A stretch of DNA of 64,000 bases, from NCBI GenBank assembly GCA_009103225.1, contig RHPI01003389.1:434001-498000 (forward strand), read 5' to 3'. The DNA comes from Chlorokybus atmophyticus. Its lineage: Eukaryota; Plantae; Mesostigma and Chlorokybus algae. The position numbers and the translations under genes are program-made. Shown here piece after piece: positions 24,386 to 37,419 of this stretch (its first letter is position 1; each line of letters begins with the position of its first letter). Under the pieces are notes generated by a model that was given only the letters and a program-made list of their open reading frames with translations, did not search any database and had not been told where the DNA came from.

Positions 24386-25261
24386 CAACTCACCCTCTCC
24401 CCAAGAACACTCTACCAGTAGGCTCCTATGCTCAACTCATTGATGCAAGCAATCACACAAGCGAGTGTGGGCCCATTACTTATTGAGAACTAGTGATGCA
24501 CCTAGTGTGTGTACGCGCCTCTCACATACAAGTGTGCACATATTAAGGACAAGTGCAGCAAGCACGCCACCTATAGAGACAATATGCGACCCATCGTATT
24601 AAGCAGCATACGATGTCTTATATATTATGCTACTAAGCACTAGTCAACTCTAGTCAAAGTCAACACTGGTCAACGGCCAAAGTCAACGGTAAACATTAAC
24701 AGTTAAAGTTAAAGTTGACCATGGTTGACCATGACTGCCGCAGCTCTTGTAACTTTTGTAACTCCTGTTACCATAAAGGTTAAACTGATCGTACCAACTA
24801 CATGTAGGCATCGCCTATACGTGTACCCTCAACAAACCATAACCTTGAACACATACCCATTATGGCGGTGGGTCCTTAGCCTATTGTGGGAGCTTGTACT
24901 TATACTCCACCCAAAAGACCATGGTAGACTCACAGCATTCACGCTAGGCTAGTAGGGCATTATGCAATTGGATACATGTAAGGCCCCTCAACATTGAAAT
25001 TTATGGGTACACATACACACTCATGCTTGAGAGGGGGCCCTGTAATAGTCTACACTAGCACGGAGGCGGACCTTGTGCGAATATATGCTAGTGTACGCTA
25101 TAACATACGGGTGTTGCTACTATGGGCGCATGCTCGCATACAAATGTGCGCACATTTGAGTGTCCGCACTACAGCCGTGCAACAGCCATAACTTCAGCAT
25201 GTGTTATTAGTATTTGGTGAGCATAAGCTCGTTATGGAGTTATATATTTCAGTGAAACACA

Positions 25262-27406
25262 TGAGTTCAAGAAGCGCATAAAATGCGCGCCTATGAACTC
25301 AATAATTGTTTATGAGTAATGAGACTCTTGTGCCCCTAGTGCCTTGGGCACTAAGGGGTTACAAGTACTCACTAGGCATGAGTTACGAGTCGCAAGCTCC
25401 TTGGTAAGTCGCTTGAACACATAGCACGACAGCGTCATCCATGGCGAGGGTGGCGAGAGTGGTGAGGAGGTGTGGACGCAGGCGGCCCTCCACCATGGTC
25501 ACATGGTCACAAGTGAGTGCCCACAATGTGATGGAGATGATGGAGAGGAGGTGGCAGCCACAACCGCGGCGTGTTAACAATTAGTGTGCATGTACGCGCC
25601 CTACCTCATACATATACTCACACTAGGGGAACTACAAGTGCAATAGCATGTCAACAACAAAGAGAAGTATGTTCCTATTGCAGTTTCACCTGTATGCGCC
25701 ACATACAATGACTTAAATACTAAGCTAGTCAACACTAGAAAAGACTAGTCAACCCTAGTCAAAGTCAACTTTAGTCAACACTAGTTAACGTTCAAAGTCA
25801 ACCCTAGTCAACCCTAGTCAATGGTCAAAGTCAAAGTTGACCGTAACTCTTGTAACTCCCGTAACTCCTATTGACTGTAACTCTCATTGCATACCCGCCG
25901 CACATGGTCCAAGTAACATCAACAAGCTGATTGTACTATAAGCATACTATACTAGCAACCCTCATATGCTTAACCTTCAACACGGCGGCGTTGCTAGCCG
26001 CCGATCGCTTGTTGCGGACTAAGCATCCAGATTGCGAGGTGGAAGAGGGAAGGAAGGAGAAAGCGGTGCGCCCCCCCCGGGTGGTAGGAGAGAAGAGGAG
26101 GTGAATACAGAGGGTGGTGGTGGAGGCGAGGATTAGGAATTCAATGAGGCGTAAAATGAGCACTTTCGCCCAAAGCACCAAAAGCGAGCTCCAAGTGCAA
26201 GCCGCTCTACCACCCCGCTCATGGTGTCTGCATAGGAACTTCATAATGTCCTTCGCGAACATGAAAGACATGGCGAGGAGGTCGGCGGTGTTGGAGGCGA
26301 AAAGCATACGCTTAAAGTGTGGGAAGGCGCCGGTCATCCCATATAAACCCGTTGCCGATGAGCCCACCCACCCCGTACTTGTGAAAATCCTTTGTCGCGA
26401 TAACGGTGACTCCACCGACGCCAATGCTTCAGTGGCGGCCATGGCCACTCGCTTCAGCAAAGGCATTGTATCTGAAAAGGAGATCTCGAAGAAGCGGGCT
26501 CGAGAACACCTCAAGGTGGCGTCTCTCAATTCAGCTCAATGGTATCCTTTGAAAGTCGAGTAGTTACGCACCTTGTCGCGGACCCCCACTTTGCCAAAGG
26601 CTGCAAAGAGAACATAAAAGGTGGGCTCATTTCTTATTGAGCACCATCATAAGCACGCACATGTAGGCACATAATTCTGCGGATACGGACTTGGCCCATG
26701 CGCACCTGCATATGCGTGCATTATGAGCCTTACAAAGGCGCCAGACCGTATAGCTCAACACACACTCATTAGCTACATGTGTTCTACATCCCTCCTCCCC
26801 CCGTATTTGGAGAGGGGGGAGGAGCCCGCACCTAGCACCATTGCATGTTCACCCCTGTATTCACGTTGTGACTACCCCACATTAAGGGAATGAGCACAAC
26901 ACGGCACAAGTTTTGCATTTGCATGCGCATATGCACTTGGTAGGGTTGATAATGAATTGGGGGTACGCTTGGCACTACATCCGATGGCTTTGCCCGTCTA
27001 ACTATGCAACCCGTGTTGCTTATATGTGCTTTGTGCACAGCATCGTATCAGGTGTGTAACTAGTTCCACTGTGTGGGAATGCCCAATAAGCATGATTAAA
27101 AAGTTGTGGACGAGCTTGTGCGCAACCCCCTCGCAGCAGATTCTTCTGAGGCAAAGCGCCTTGAAAGCGCGTTAAAGAACGTGGCTGCCGCGCACCCCAA
27201 GCTCAAGGCAATGCCAGCCTACCATGCCAACAAATGCTGGGGCCATTATCCCCCCCGCTACTCATGGTCATACGCATCTAATGCGAGGTAAACGAGCTAT
27301 GTGACCGCTCGCATGCAGTCTCAAGCATCTTCGGCTGGGGGCCAGCGGGTTGTCCGCACCTGCTACATCTATGGGAAGCCCGGCCTCCTGCGTACCTATT
27401 ACCGTG
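25262..27406 (+). mobile_element. DIRS-order element copy 2 (gag region, decayed)
   Basis: Same 5' hairpin terminus and gag (MARVARVVRR..., VDELVRNPLAADSSEAKRLE, degenerate CCHC) as copies 1 and 3. Confidence 0.8.
25572..25982 (-). mobile_element. Family A solo LTR in DIRS gag
   Basis: Perfect TSD CGGCG at 25567-25571 and 25983-25987. Confidence 0.93.
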
Positions 27407-27800
27407 CATCAAGAATTAGTGTGCATGTATGCGCCCTACCTCATACATGCGCTCGCACTACGAGAACACCACGTGTAACATACAAGCATGTCAATATCGA
27501 AGAGAAATATGTTAGAGTTTCACCTTTTTGCGCCACATATAGCGACCTACATACCGAGCTAGTTAACAATACGAAGAATTGATAAATTTTAGTATAAGTG
27601 GATTATAGTCAACATTCGTCAACGGTCAATGTCACCACTAGTTAACGGTCAAAGTCAAAGTTGACCACAACCGTCGTACTTCCCATAACTCTCATAACTC
27701 CTGTTGACTGTAACTGCCAATAAACGCCACACATGCTTTGAATTAAATCAATAAGCTGATTGTACTATAAGCATACTATACTAGCAGATATTATATGTTT
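27407..27800 (-). mobile_element. Diverged family A-like LTR
   Basis: Homology (AAGAATTAGTGTGCATGTATGCGCCCTACCTCATAC...AAGCATACTATACTAGC); ends degraded. Confidence 0.8.
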
Positions 27801-30800
27801 AAACTCACGCGCGAGTTATATGTGACACAGCTCATGCGGGGGGGTCACTATCGGTGGATAGATGGATAAGAAGAATATGATCACGTACCACCTAAGCCAA
27901 GGCTTTTCGTAAGTGTGTGCAACTCAGGTAATGCTGCGCAAATAGCTCTCAGCCGCAGTGGAAAACTTTCATTGCCCAAACTTTTGCCAAATGTACAAGG
28001 GCACAACAGCCTGCACCGCATGGGTTGCAACATCTGGATGGGCAGAGTGCAAAAACGTGTGGGGTCCTCCCTCGCCGCCTCAATGGTTGCCGTTCCCAAC
28101 CGAGCATGGTGCCATGCGGTACAACGGTGTCGCATATGATGCATGTTCCCCCCGCCCGCTTGATGGAGCGCAGCTTGCCGGGTTCGTCTTGCTTGTTACC
28201 CGAACCAAACAACAACTTTTCGGTGTGCATCACAGAGCACAAATCACCCCCGACAGCAGCTATGTGCACTGTCGCGCCCACACCATGTTGGTCGATTTTA
28301 CTGCGCGAGATGACGAGATCCATGCAATGCGGTTGAGATATACTGTCCTGCACGTCGACTTTTGCCAGGTCGAAATACCACATCATACCTGCAAACCTCA
28401 GCAGCACGGCCACTGTTGGCATTCTGGCCACCAAGTCCCACCCATTACGAGCAAAGTGTGAGACCATAGCTCGCAAGAGCTGAAGCGTGTACGCGTCCTT
28501 CTTCCGCGTGATTTATGGTAGCAGCCTGGCAGCGGCCTCAGGCACCACCGCAACGAGTGCATGCGGTGTGGGAGAGGCCTGGCCAGCCATGGTATGCGCA
28601 GCGGTATGGCGGAAGATGCATGTTTTACAGGTGCCGGGATGGTGAAATTCACCAATACCTTGGTCAGAAACATGGCCACTGTGCCAGGGTCCGCCGGCAG
28701 GGCAGCCCAACCACGAGGCGTGCAAAACTCCACAAAGCGACGCCAGTAGCCCTAATGGCCCCGCAAAGTGCTAGTAGCACATGACGCCGCGGCTACTGCT
28801 GGGTTTAAGGTGCGCAGGCGCTCAATTTTATAGTCTCCGGGGACGTTGGGCATCAGCGATTGTAGGCTACGCTCAACAGCAGCTGCACACAGCATATGTC
28901 AATGGTTAGGACGCAATCCAATCCGCAATGCCCACATGCAACCAAATGGCAAGCCCGCTTGGAGTTCTGTGACTTGTGGGCTAGGTCACAAGCAGGCTGG
29001 GCCCTTAGGTAGGCACACAACATTTATAACAAATGGTACCCACACTCCTTGCAGGCAGAAAACGGGCCACCAAGTTTGGGTTGTCCATTCATGTTCAATA
29101 AGGCGCACGCGAGCCTTGCATTCGCGCGCATGACGCAAGCCAATGCCAACAAGGTGTGGAGGGGGGTGGCACCAATTGTTGCAGCCACACCAGTCACAAT
29201 GAAAAGCATTGCCGGACGAGCCTAAACATGGCAATGCCGAGTTGAAGGCCACACAGTGTTGGCATTCATGGCAAAGTGAGCCCCACTTGCGGGCGAGCAA
29301 GCCAATCAAGGGTGTTTTTAAAGTTCAACCATTCTAATCTTGTGCCTTTAAGAGCGCGTCTGCCTTTTCAACGAGCTCGCGTGGCAATCACTTCACATAC
29401 AAGCAGATGGCGCAGGTAGTGTCAAAGATGCGATATGCTGCAAGTGTGCGGCCTTACTGTGTTGAAGTTGCATAGTAGCAACAATGCACAGGCACTAGTG
29501 TGGCACTGACAAGTAGAGCAGAGTGGATCTGACTATAATGCATAATATATAATGTCGTATATTGTACACTAGTAAGTGCTAGTCAACCCTAACCAACCCC
29601 AATCAAAGTCAACACTAGTGAACACTAGTCAAGGTCAAAGTCAAAGTCAACGTTAACCATGGTGGACTATAGCTGCCATAACGGCAGGTGACCGTGATTG
29701 TTAAGGTGAAGATAATCGTCAAAGTTTAGCTAAGGCGCCTAGCCAAGTACCTTTACCACTCCCATGCGAGCATCTTTAGCCTTACACTCCAAGCTCCATG
29801 CAACATATTTGGAACTTGGTGGGTGGCAGCGGCTTGTTCATGCAATATGCGAGCATGTTTTTCGTGCAATACCTAAATTTCACTTCCCCTTGTGCAACTC
29901 TCTCTCTCTCACCAAGTGGTGCATAATGTTAACATGCTTCAACCTGGCGGATGTGATGGGGTGCATGCTCGATTTGAGCGCTTCGTAGTTGTCGCATGTG
30001 ATGGTGGCATAGTTCGGTGCAAAACTAGAGTCAGTGACCATCTTGCAAAGCCACAATGCTTCCTTCATTGCAGATGAAGCTGCCATGTACTCAGCCTCCG
30101 TGGTAGACGCAACGACAATTGGTTGTGGTCAGCTATTCCAGCTGACGATGCCTCCTCCCATTAAGAAAGTGTAACCTGTGGTAGACCTCCTTATGTCGAG
30201 GTCTTCGGCATCATCTGCATTACAATAGCCCTGTTATGTGACGTTCTTTTTCCTCCTAAAAGAAATACCCACGTCCTGTGCGCTTCCAAGGTAGCGAAGA
30301 ACTCTTTTTGCCGCCTTTTAGTGCTGCATGGTGGGTGCTGACATGTGTCTCGCCAAGACTCTCACGACTTGTGCGATGTCAGGCCTCGTGGCAATATACA
30401 CGTAGATGAGGCTCTCAACGAGCTCACCATAAGGGTAGATAACTGTGTTAAGCATAGAGGTAGTGTCTTGTGCTTTATATAGTTGAACTCCCACATTCAG
30501 TGGTGTAGCCTTGCCCTTTGCAACCTGAGCAAGTACCATCCGCTTTCAATGATCTTGATAGGCTGTGCATCTGTGTCCCTGGTGATGACGATGTCGAGGA
30601 GCAAGTGTGCAACTCCAAGATCGTGAGTTTTAAATGCAGACATCAGTATCACCATGATTAGATGTAGTGCCGAAACATTTTTAAATGCCATGACGACGTC
30701 GTCCACGTACTCCATCAGCCAAATCTGTCCGTCTTCACTAATAAAGAGCCCTGGATCTAAAGTAGACTGACGTACGCCCATTTCTTCTCCAGCTCCTTGC

Positions 30801-32384
30801 TGAGCCAAATGTGCTCAACTTGCGGCGCCTGCCTAAGCTAATATAAAGCTTTGTGTAGCAAGCATGCCTTACCCGAGTCTCCCTCCTTGTACCCTTGAGG
30901 CTGCTGCACGAAGATCTGCTCGTCCAACTCTCCGTAGTAAAAGGCAGTCTTCACGTCGAAGTGGTGCAGCTCCAAGTCCTCCATAGAAACCTTAGCGAGT
31001 AGTGCCCTGAAGGTTGCATGTTTGCTAGCAGGTGCAAATACCTCCTTGTAGTCAACTCCCTCCTAATAAAAGAAGCCCTTTGCTACAAGTCGCGCCTTGT
31101 AGTGCTCAATGTTGCCCTTGCCATTACGCTTTATTTGTACACCCACTTGACATTTATATATGCGCTTGACGCCTCGTAAATTCTGCTTGAGAAACCAAGT
31201 CATGTTGGCGTGTAGCGAAGCAGTCTCCACATACATGGCCTTGCCCACAACTTTGCATCTGGAGCTGTGGTGGCCTCATGCTAGGTGGTCGGCTCTTCTC
31301 TTCACTAGTTGCAGCACTCAAATACTGAAAATGCTGCGTAAAATGTGGTGGCGCTCTTTGTCTCACAAGGTAGCGCCTATCTGGCTGCTCCGTGGGTGCA
31401 ACTTCCTTCCCCTCATGGTGTGGTGTAATGCTAGGAACAACCTCTTCAAGAATGACCTCCTCAGAAACAACCATGTTCATAGGCGCAATGCTAACCTCAG
31501 GCTATGCTATATGATTCTCCACAGGTGTTGAAGGTGTTGTCGGCGTCATCACTCTCTTCTCGGCAAAGACAGCATCTCGAACCACAATCTTGCCACCCTC
31601 AAGCAAGATCCTATATACCTCGGAGTCATGCTCGTAACCCATGAAGACGCCTGTCTCCCTTACGTTCTGAAGCTTTCTCCTTAGGTGTCTGGGGATGTGC
31701 CAGTACGCCTTGGCTCCAAACACACGCAAGTGCATCATGTCAGGCTTCCCTCTATAGATTAACTCCCACGGGGTCTTGGTTTTGTTGCTCGTAGGTGACG
31801 TGTTGCGAATGTAACTTGCCATAACAAACGCCTCAGCCCATAAGGCTTTGTCAAGCTCTGCATCAGTAAGCATGGCACGCACACGCCCCACAAGTGTGCG
31901 ATTGCGGCGCTCAGCAGCACCGTTTTGCTTAGGTGTGTAAGGTGCCGTGGTCTTATGGTTGATGCCGTGCTCCTCCAAATAGCTCTCCTTGGTTTGGTTC
32001 ACTCGGAACCCCTATCACTCCTCAATGCTAATGCCCTTGTCTTTGCTTGTGTTGCAAAGAAGGTAAGCGTCTTCTTCACAATAGCAGCATTGTCCAACTT
32101 GGCAGCAACTGTATTAAATGGCTGATAACTTGCTGAAGTTAGCTTAAAAAGAAACAACATACCAACTTCCTCCAATGGACGCGACTGGCATGGGACCGCA
32201 CACGTTTATGTGCACAAGCTGCAAGGGTGCTAAAGTGGTGCGGTAGATGTAGGAAAATGCTGCTTAGGCATACTGCTTAACACAAATGTCTCGCACAGAT
32301 CACCCTTTGCTGCCTTAATGTTCTCCTCGTTATTGCCAATTCCTTCCACCATGTCCACAGCAACCAGTCTTGCCGGGTTGTCCC

Positions 32385-34769
32385 TATTAAATGTTGTAGG
32401 CGCCTACATATAGTTGGTACAATCAGCTTAACCATTATAGTTACGTGAGTTACGTGAGTTACGGCAGTTATGGTCAACCATGGTCAACTTTGACTTTGAC
32501 CGTTGATTAGTGTTGACTAGTGTTGACTTTAACCAGAGTTGACTAGAGTTGACTAGTGCTTAGTAGCATAGTATATAAGACACTGTATACTGCTTAATAT
32601 AGTGGGTCGCACATTGTCTCTATAGTTGGCGTGCTTGCTGCACTTGTCCTTAGTGTGTGCACACTCGTATATAAGAGGCAAATACACACACACTAGGTGC
32701 ATCACTAGTTCTCAACTCTTGCACATCAAAGACTTCCATCTCCCTCTTATTGCGGATTGCAAGACTGGATGTGAGGCGTGGGAGGTCTTCAACACCCTCA
32801 TAAAGGCCATTAGCAACTCGCGCAAGTTGCAGCTGAGACGCAAGCTGACACTTCTGAAGATGGAGCACAAAGAGCCAATCTAAAAGTACATCTCGCGTGT
32901 GTTAAGAACTAGTGTGCATGTATGCGCCCTACCTCATACATGTGCTCACACCAGGGGAACAACAAGTGCAATAGCATGTCAACAACAAAGAGAAGTATGG
33001 ATCTATCGCAGCTTCACCTGTATGCGCCACATACAATGACTTATATACTAAGCTAGTCAACACTAAAAAAGACTAGTCAACCCTAGTCAAAGTCAACTCT
33101 AGTCATCACTAGTCAACGTTCAAAGTCAACCCTAGTCAACCCTAGTCAATGGGCAAAATCAAAGTTGACCGTAACTCTTGTAACTCCCGTTACTTCTGTT
33201 GACTGTAACGCCCATTGCATAACCGCCGCACATGGTCCAAGTAACATCAATAAGCTGACTGTACTATGAGCATACTATACTAGCAACCCTCATATGCTTA
33301 ATCTTTAACATGTACTATAAGCATACTATATTAGCAAACCTCATATGCTTAACCTTCAACAGGGTGCAAGGGAGCTTTGGCAAGACCTTGCAGCAGTGGG
33401 CCACGATGTGCAGGAAGAGGAGGTGATGTGGGCAGTCTTAGCTGGCTTAAAAAAGAGCTTTGCTACGCTAGTGACTGTGTTTGAGTCCTCAGATGTGGTT
33501 TTAAAGTTTGCTGATATAGTGCCTAAGCTGCTAGTTGTGGAAGGCAAGTTGGATGTTCAGGAAATAGAGAATGGTGGAGAAGCTATCGCACTTGCTGCCT
33601 CATCTTCTCAACACACACAAAGCAGGAGCAAAGCAGGTGGTGGGAAGCCATCACGTGACAAAGAGTGTCACTACTGCAAGATGAAGGGCCACTTCATCCA
33701 AGAGTGCCAGAAGAGGAGCCACGATGAGGCAACTAAAGAGGAGCACGCCATCATGGCGATTGCTTTCTAGCATTGGTGAGGACCTCAAGGAGTTACAATG
33801 GATGGTATTCGTCCGTCCTCTCCCACTGCAAGGGCGCGTGAAGGACATGCGTATGAGTAGTTGCTAATGCTGAGCTGCATACACTAGAGGTTGCATTGCT
33901 GTAGAGTTGTTTCGTTGGCCGCACACGTGTGCGGTACTGGTTAGAACACTTCACTTGATTGGCATGCAAGGACTGAGTTGTATAGCTAGCTAACATGAGA
34001 TGGGAGGGGTGCTTCCCTTGGTAGAAGGGTCTGATCAACCCTTGCACGGCCTACACTTTAGTACAGCATTGCTAAGGTAGAGAACTCAGTGTAGTTTATA
34101 GCATAGTTTGCCATCGAGGGAGTCTTCGAAACCACCTGAGCAAGGTTAGGCGTGGCGTGGTGGAACCTGATGCAACAACTATGAGGAGGAAACAAGGAGT
34201 ATTGGGACCTTGTAGTCTTGCTGGCAGCACGAGGAGAAGAATGGTGTTATGGAGACAAGCATCAAGTCCGTGGGAGCAACACATTCGTGGGAGGGTTCAA
34301 TGGAGTAAGATAATGTGGGTAAGCTTACGGGAAGAACATGAAGTTCAAGGTCAAGCTGCTCGCGTGGGAGTGTTCACATTTAACACTCCCACGCGAGCAG
34401 TAAATGTGATAGGTTGTAGAAAGTTCATGTATAGGCGGCGCCTACATGTAGTTGGTACGATCATCTTAACCTTTATAGTTACGGGACTTACGGCAGTTAT
34501 GGTCAACCATAATTTATGTTAACTTTGACCGTTGACTTTGACCATAGACTAGTGTTGACTAGTGTTGACTAGTGTTGACTTTGATCAGAGTTGACTAGAG
34601 TTAACTAGTGCTCAGTAGTATAGAATATAAGACACTGTATACTGCTTACTACAGTGGGTCGCACATTGTCTCTATAGTTGGCGTGCTTGCTACACTTGTC
34701 CTTAGTGTGTGCACCCTTTAATGCAAGAGGCAAATACACACACACTAGGTGCATCACTAGTTCTCAACA
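32385..34769 (+). mobile_element. Family B gag-only element with direct LTRs (32385-32716 and 34371-34769)
   Basis: Perfect TSD GTCCC at 32380-32384 and 34770-34774. Gag ends ...MAIAF*; no pol; PBS and gag N-terminus are missing. Confidence 0.92.
32900..33361 (-). mobile_element. Family A solo LTR in family B gag
   Basis: TSD GCGTG/GGGTG (1 mismatch); removing it restores KYISRARELWQDL. Confidence 0.92.
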
Positions 34770-37419
34770 GTCCCACCCAAGATGTCCTAGCCTTTGATGC
34801 CAAAAATGAGCTGTAGCCGATATAAGGACTGTCGCAGACAATGCATGCTGCCAATCCAGTGTGATGCAGTACATACTTCCCGGCAATGTGCCTTCTGCAA
34901 CAACAATGTTGCTCACTTCGACTCGACCCCTCTTAGCAGTGAAGTCAACCTCGGTGCCTGCGCTTGTAGCTCTTCGAACAGAGAACAGGCTGGAGGCTAG
35001 TCTTGGCAAGTGGATTACCTGCTTTAAGGCCATTCTGTGTAGTACCCGCCACTACAAGTGTAGCTTGTTGCCAAAGCTCACTTTCACACCAACAGCATCG
35101 CTCAGAGCATGATATTCCTTACGACTTATGTCTGTGTGGGGTCATATGCTGTGTGCACGCAGAACAACCAAGAGCTCTTGATACCAATGGTGCTGGTAGT
35201 AAGTGCTACAGCCTGCCTATTTAGACCTTGTCTCTGTTGCTGATCGTGCTTTAACTGTTGACAGTCCTTCTTCAGGTGTCCCTTATTGTCGCAATAGTGG
35301 CAAGCACGCATCTTTTTCTTCCACCACCGTTGTTGTTGTTGGGGCGTAGGTTGAATTGTGCCGCAAATGCCACAGCTTCAGCCTCATCATGGCGTGAAGT
35401 GGATGCCCGCTGCTCAACTTATAACACGCGTGGGGTGACCGCTTCAAAGGTGAGCTCCTTACTGGATAATCCCATGATGGTGATAGTCAGTTCGTATTCC
35501 TTGTGTAGGCCAGCGCGGATTGCCCAAACGAGCTCCACCTCCTTCACTTTATAACCAATGGCGAGCAAGTCATCCCACAACTGCCTAACTTGCAAGATGA
35601 ACTTGAGGACAGGTTCAGCAAAATCTTCTCTCAAAGCATTCAACTGCTTCCTCAACTGCAACTTCCTAGCATTGTTCTTAGCCTTATACGCATTTGCCAA
35701 CTCTTGCCATAACTCTCTAGCAGTCTTGTAACATGCAATAAGCGCTAAGTGATGCTGTGTAACATGGAATCCTAGCAATGCTTGATTGGCTTTTTGGTTG
35801 AGGTCCGTGTCTGCCATATCGGTAGCGCTCTTCTCGGGATCCACCATCGACCATAGGTTTTTATGCATGAGTAGCATCTGCATCCGGATGCTACATGTCT
35901 TATAGTTGTCAAGGTTCAGTGGCTCGATGTTAACCTTGTTATAGCTGGTCGCCATGCTTCCCTTGCAAGTCCGCAATGAAGACAGTGCCTCCCCAAGCTA
36001 TACCAACTCGTGTATGCTATGCTAGCGCTATCATAGGCTCATAACCTGTTGAGATTTCATAGTAGCAATAGTGCACACGCACTAGTGTGGCGCTAAGAAG
36101 TAAAGCAGAGTGGATCTTGCTGTATTGCAAATTATACAATGTCTTACGTAGGACACTAGTGAGTGCTCTTCAACATTAGTCAACCCTACTTAAAGTCAAC
36201 ACTAGTCAAAGGCAAAGTCAGCGGTCAAAGTAAAGAGTGAACGTTGACCATAGTGGACTATAACTGCCATAACGGCAGTTGAACGTAAAGATCAAGGTGA
36301 AGATGATTGGAGAAGTTTAGCTAAGGCGCCTAGCCAAGTACCTTTAACACACTGCCCCCTTTGCGCATGATGTAGTACACATTGCGGGTATCGCCATAGC
36401 GCAGCACAGTCCGCCCGTTTAGCTCCGCTTTTACAGTGAGCAGTGTTCGCTCAAGGCTAGAAAGCTCACGGTATGTTGATGAAGTTAGGCACTTCTCATG
36501 TGTAAATGTGCCTTTTGCTATTGAGGCAGCCATGCCATGGCGCACTAGTCCCCAACCAGTGCCGCTAGCGTTCACGAACTGCACGTGTCATGTTCGGCTG
36601 TACGATAGGCCCGATGGGCGCCACATTGAGCTCCTCAGAATGGTCATGCATCCACGTGAGCTCGTAGTTTGCGCCTTGCACAGTACCGTGTGTCAACTCC
36701 ACGAGCGGCGCATCCCAAGCGGTGTGTATGTCAAATCATAAGTTTGACGGCAGGGCCCAACACCATGAACATGAAGTGTATTTTGCCTTGGATGCGGGCC
36801 AGCAACTTCACTGGCACATGGCGCCTATCACCAAATTCGCGGTGCAGATTTTGGAGTAGACCATCTCGCTTCTTTATAGGAACACATACCACACCAGCGG
36901 GTGTATCCCATGCAAAGCAAGGAAGATGATGACTTCACGTAGCACAATTTGTGCCTTGGTGTTAATCACCAACCTGCACCATAATGCATCCGCTTTCACC
37001 ACAACCAGGGTGGAGGCATGCTCAGCCTTTGAGCGAGCAGCAAACATGAAGTTGTCAATGTATGGCAATATGCGGATGCTTTGTACACGCCGATGGTGCA
37101 CTAGTTGCTTCATCACCTTGGTGAATACGAAGCAAGCTATGCTAAACCCAATGGCAATGAGCAAACGTTGTACATGTTGCAAGCGAATGTGAAAACCAAG
37201 TAGCCCAAGAAGGCGGGGTGTATGTCTACATGATGGCATCCGGACTTTAAGTTTGTGGAGAACAACCAATTGTCGGGCTGCAGCAAGTCTGAGATAGTGC
37301 GCACATCCTCATACTTGACCGGTGTGTTAACCAAGTAGGAGTTGACATAGCGCAAGTCCATGATGAGGCGCAGCTTGCGGCCATCATCGACCACATTGAG
37401 TGGGCTCACCACAAGGGGG

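Larger units (their letters stand above)
15719..24851 (-). mobile_element. B2 TRIM-like mini-element, split by nested insertions (LTRs 15719-15729+21781-22125 and 24481-24851; internal about 24386-24480)
   Basis: Two B-related direct LTRs. On the minus strand a PBS-like AGTAATGGGCCC follows the 5' LTR and PPT GGGGAGAGGGTGAG precedes the 3' LTR. Internal part about 95 bp once the nested chromovirus and family A element are removed. Confidence 0.7.
29460..36349 (-). mobile_element. Family C Ty1/Copia copy 2, full length but decayed
   Basis: LTRs 29460-29758 and 36047-36349; TSD TACTG/CACTG (1 mismatch); PBS GGTTATGAGCCT. Gag 35976-35419, CCHC, WHQRLGH, integrase 32002-31502, RT, RNase H. PPT-like GCTCGCATGGGAG. 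Confidence 0.93.
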
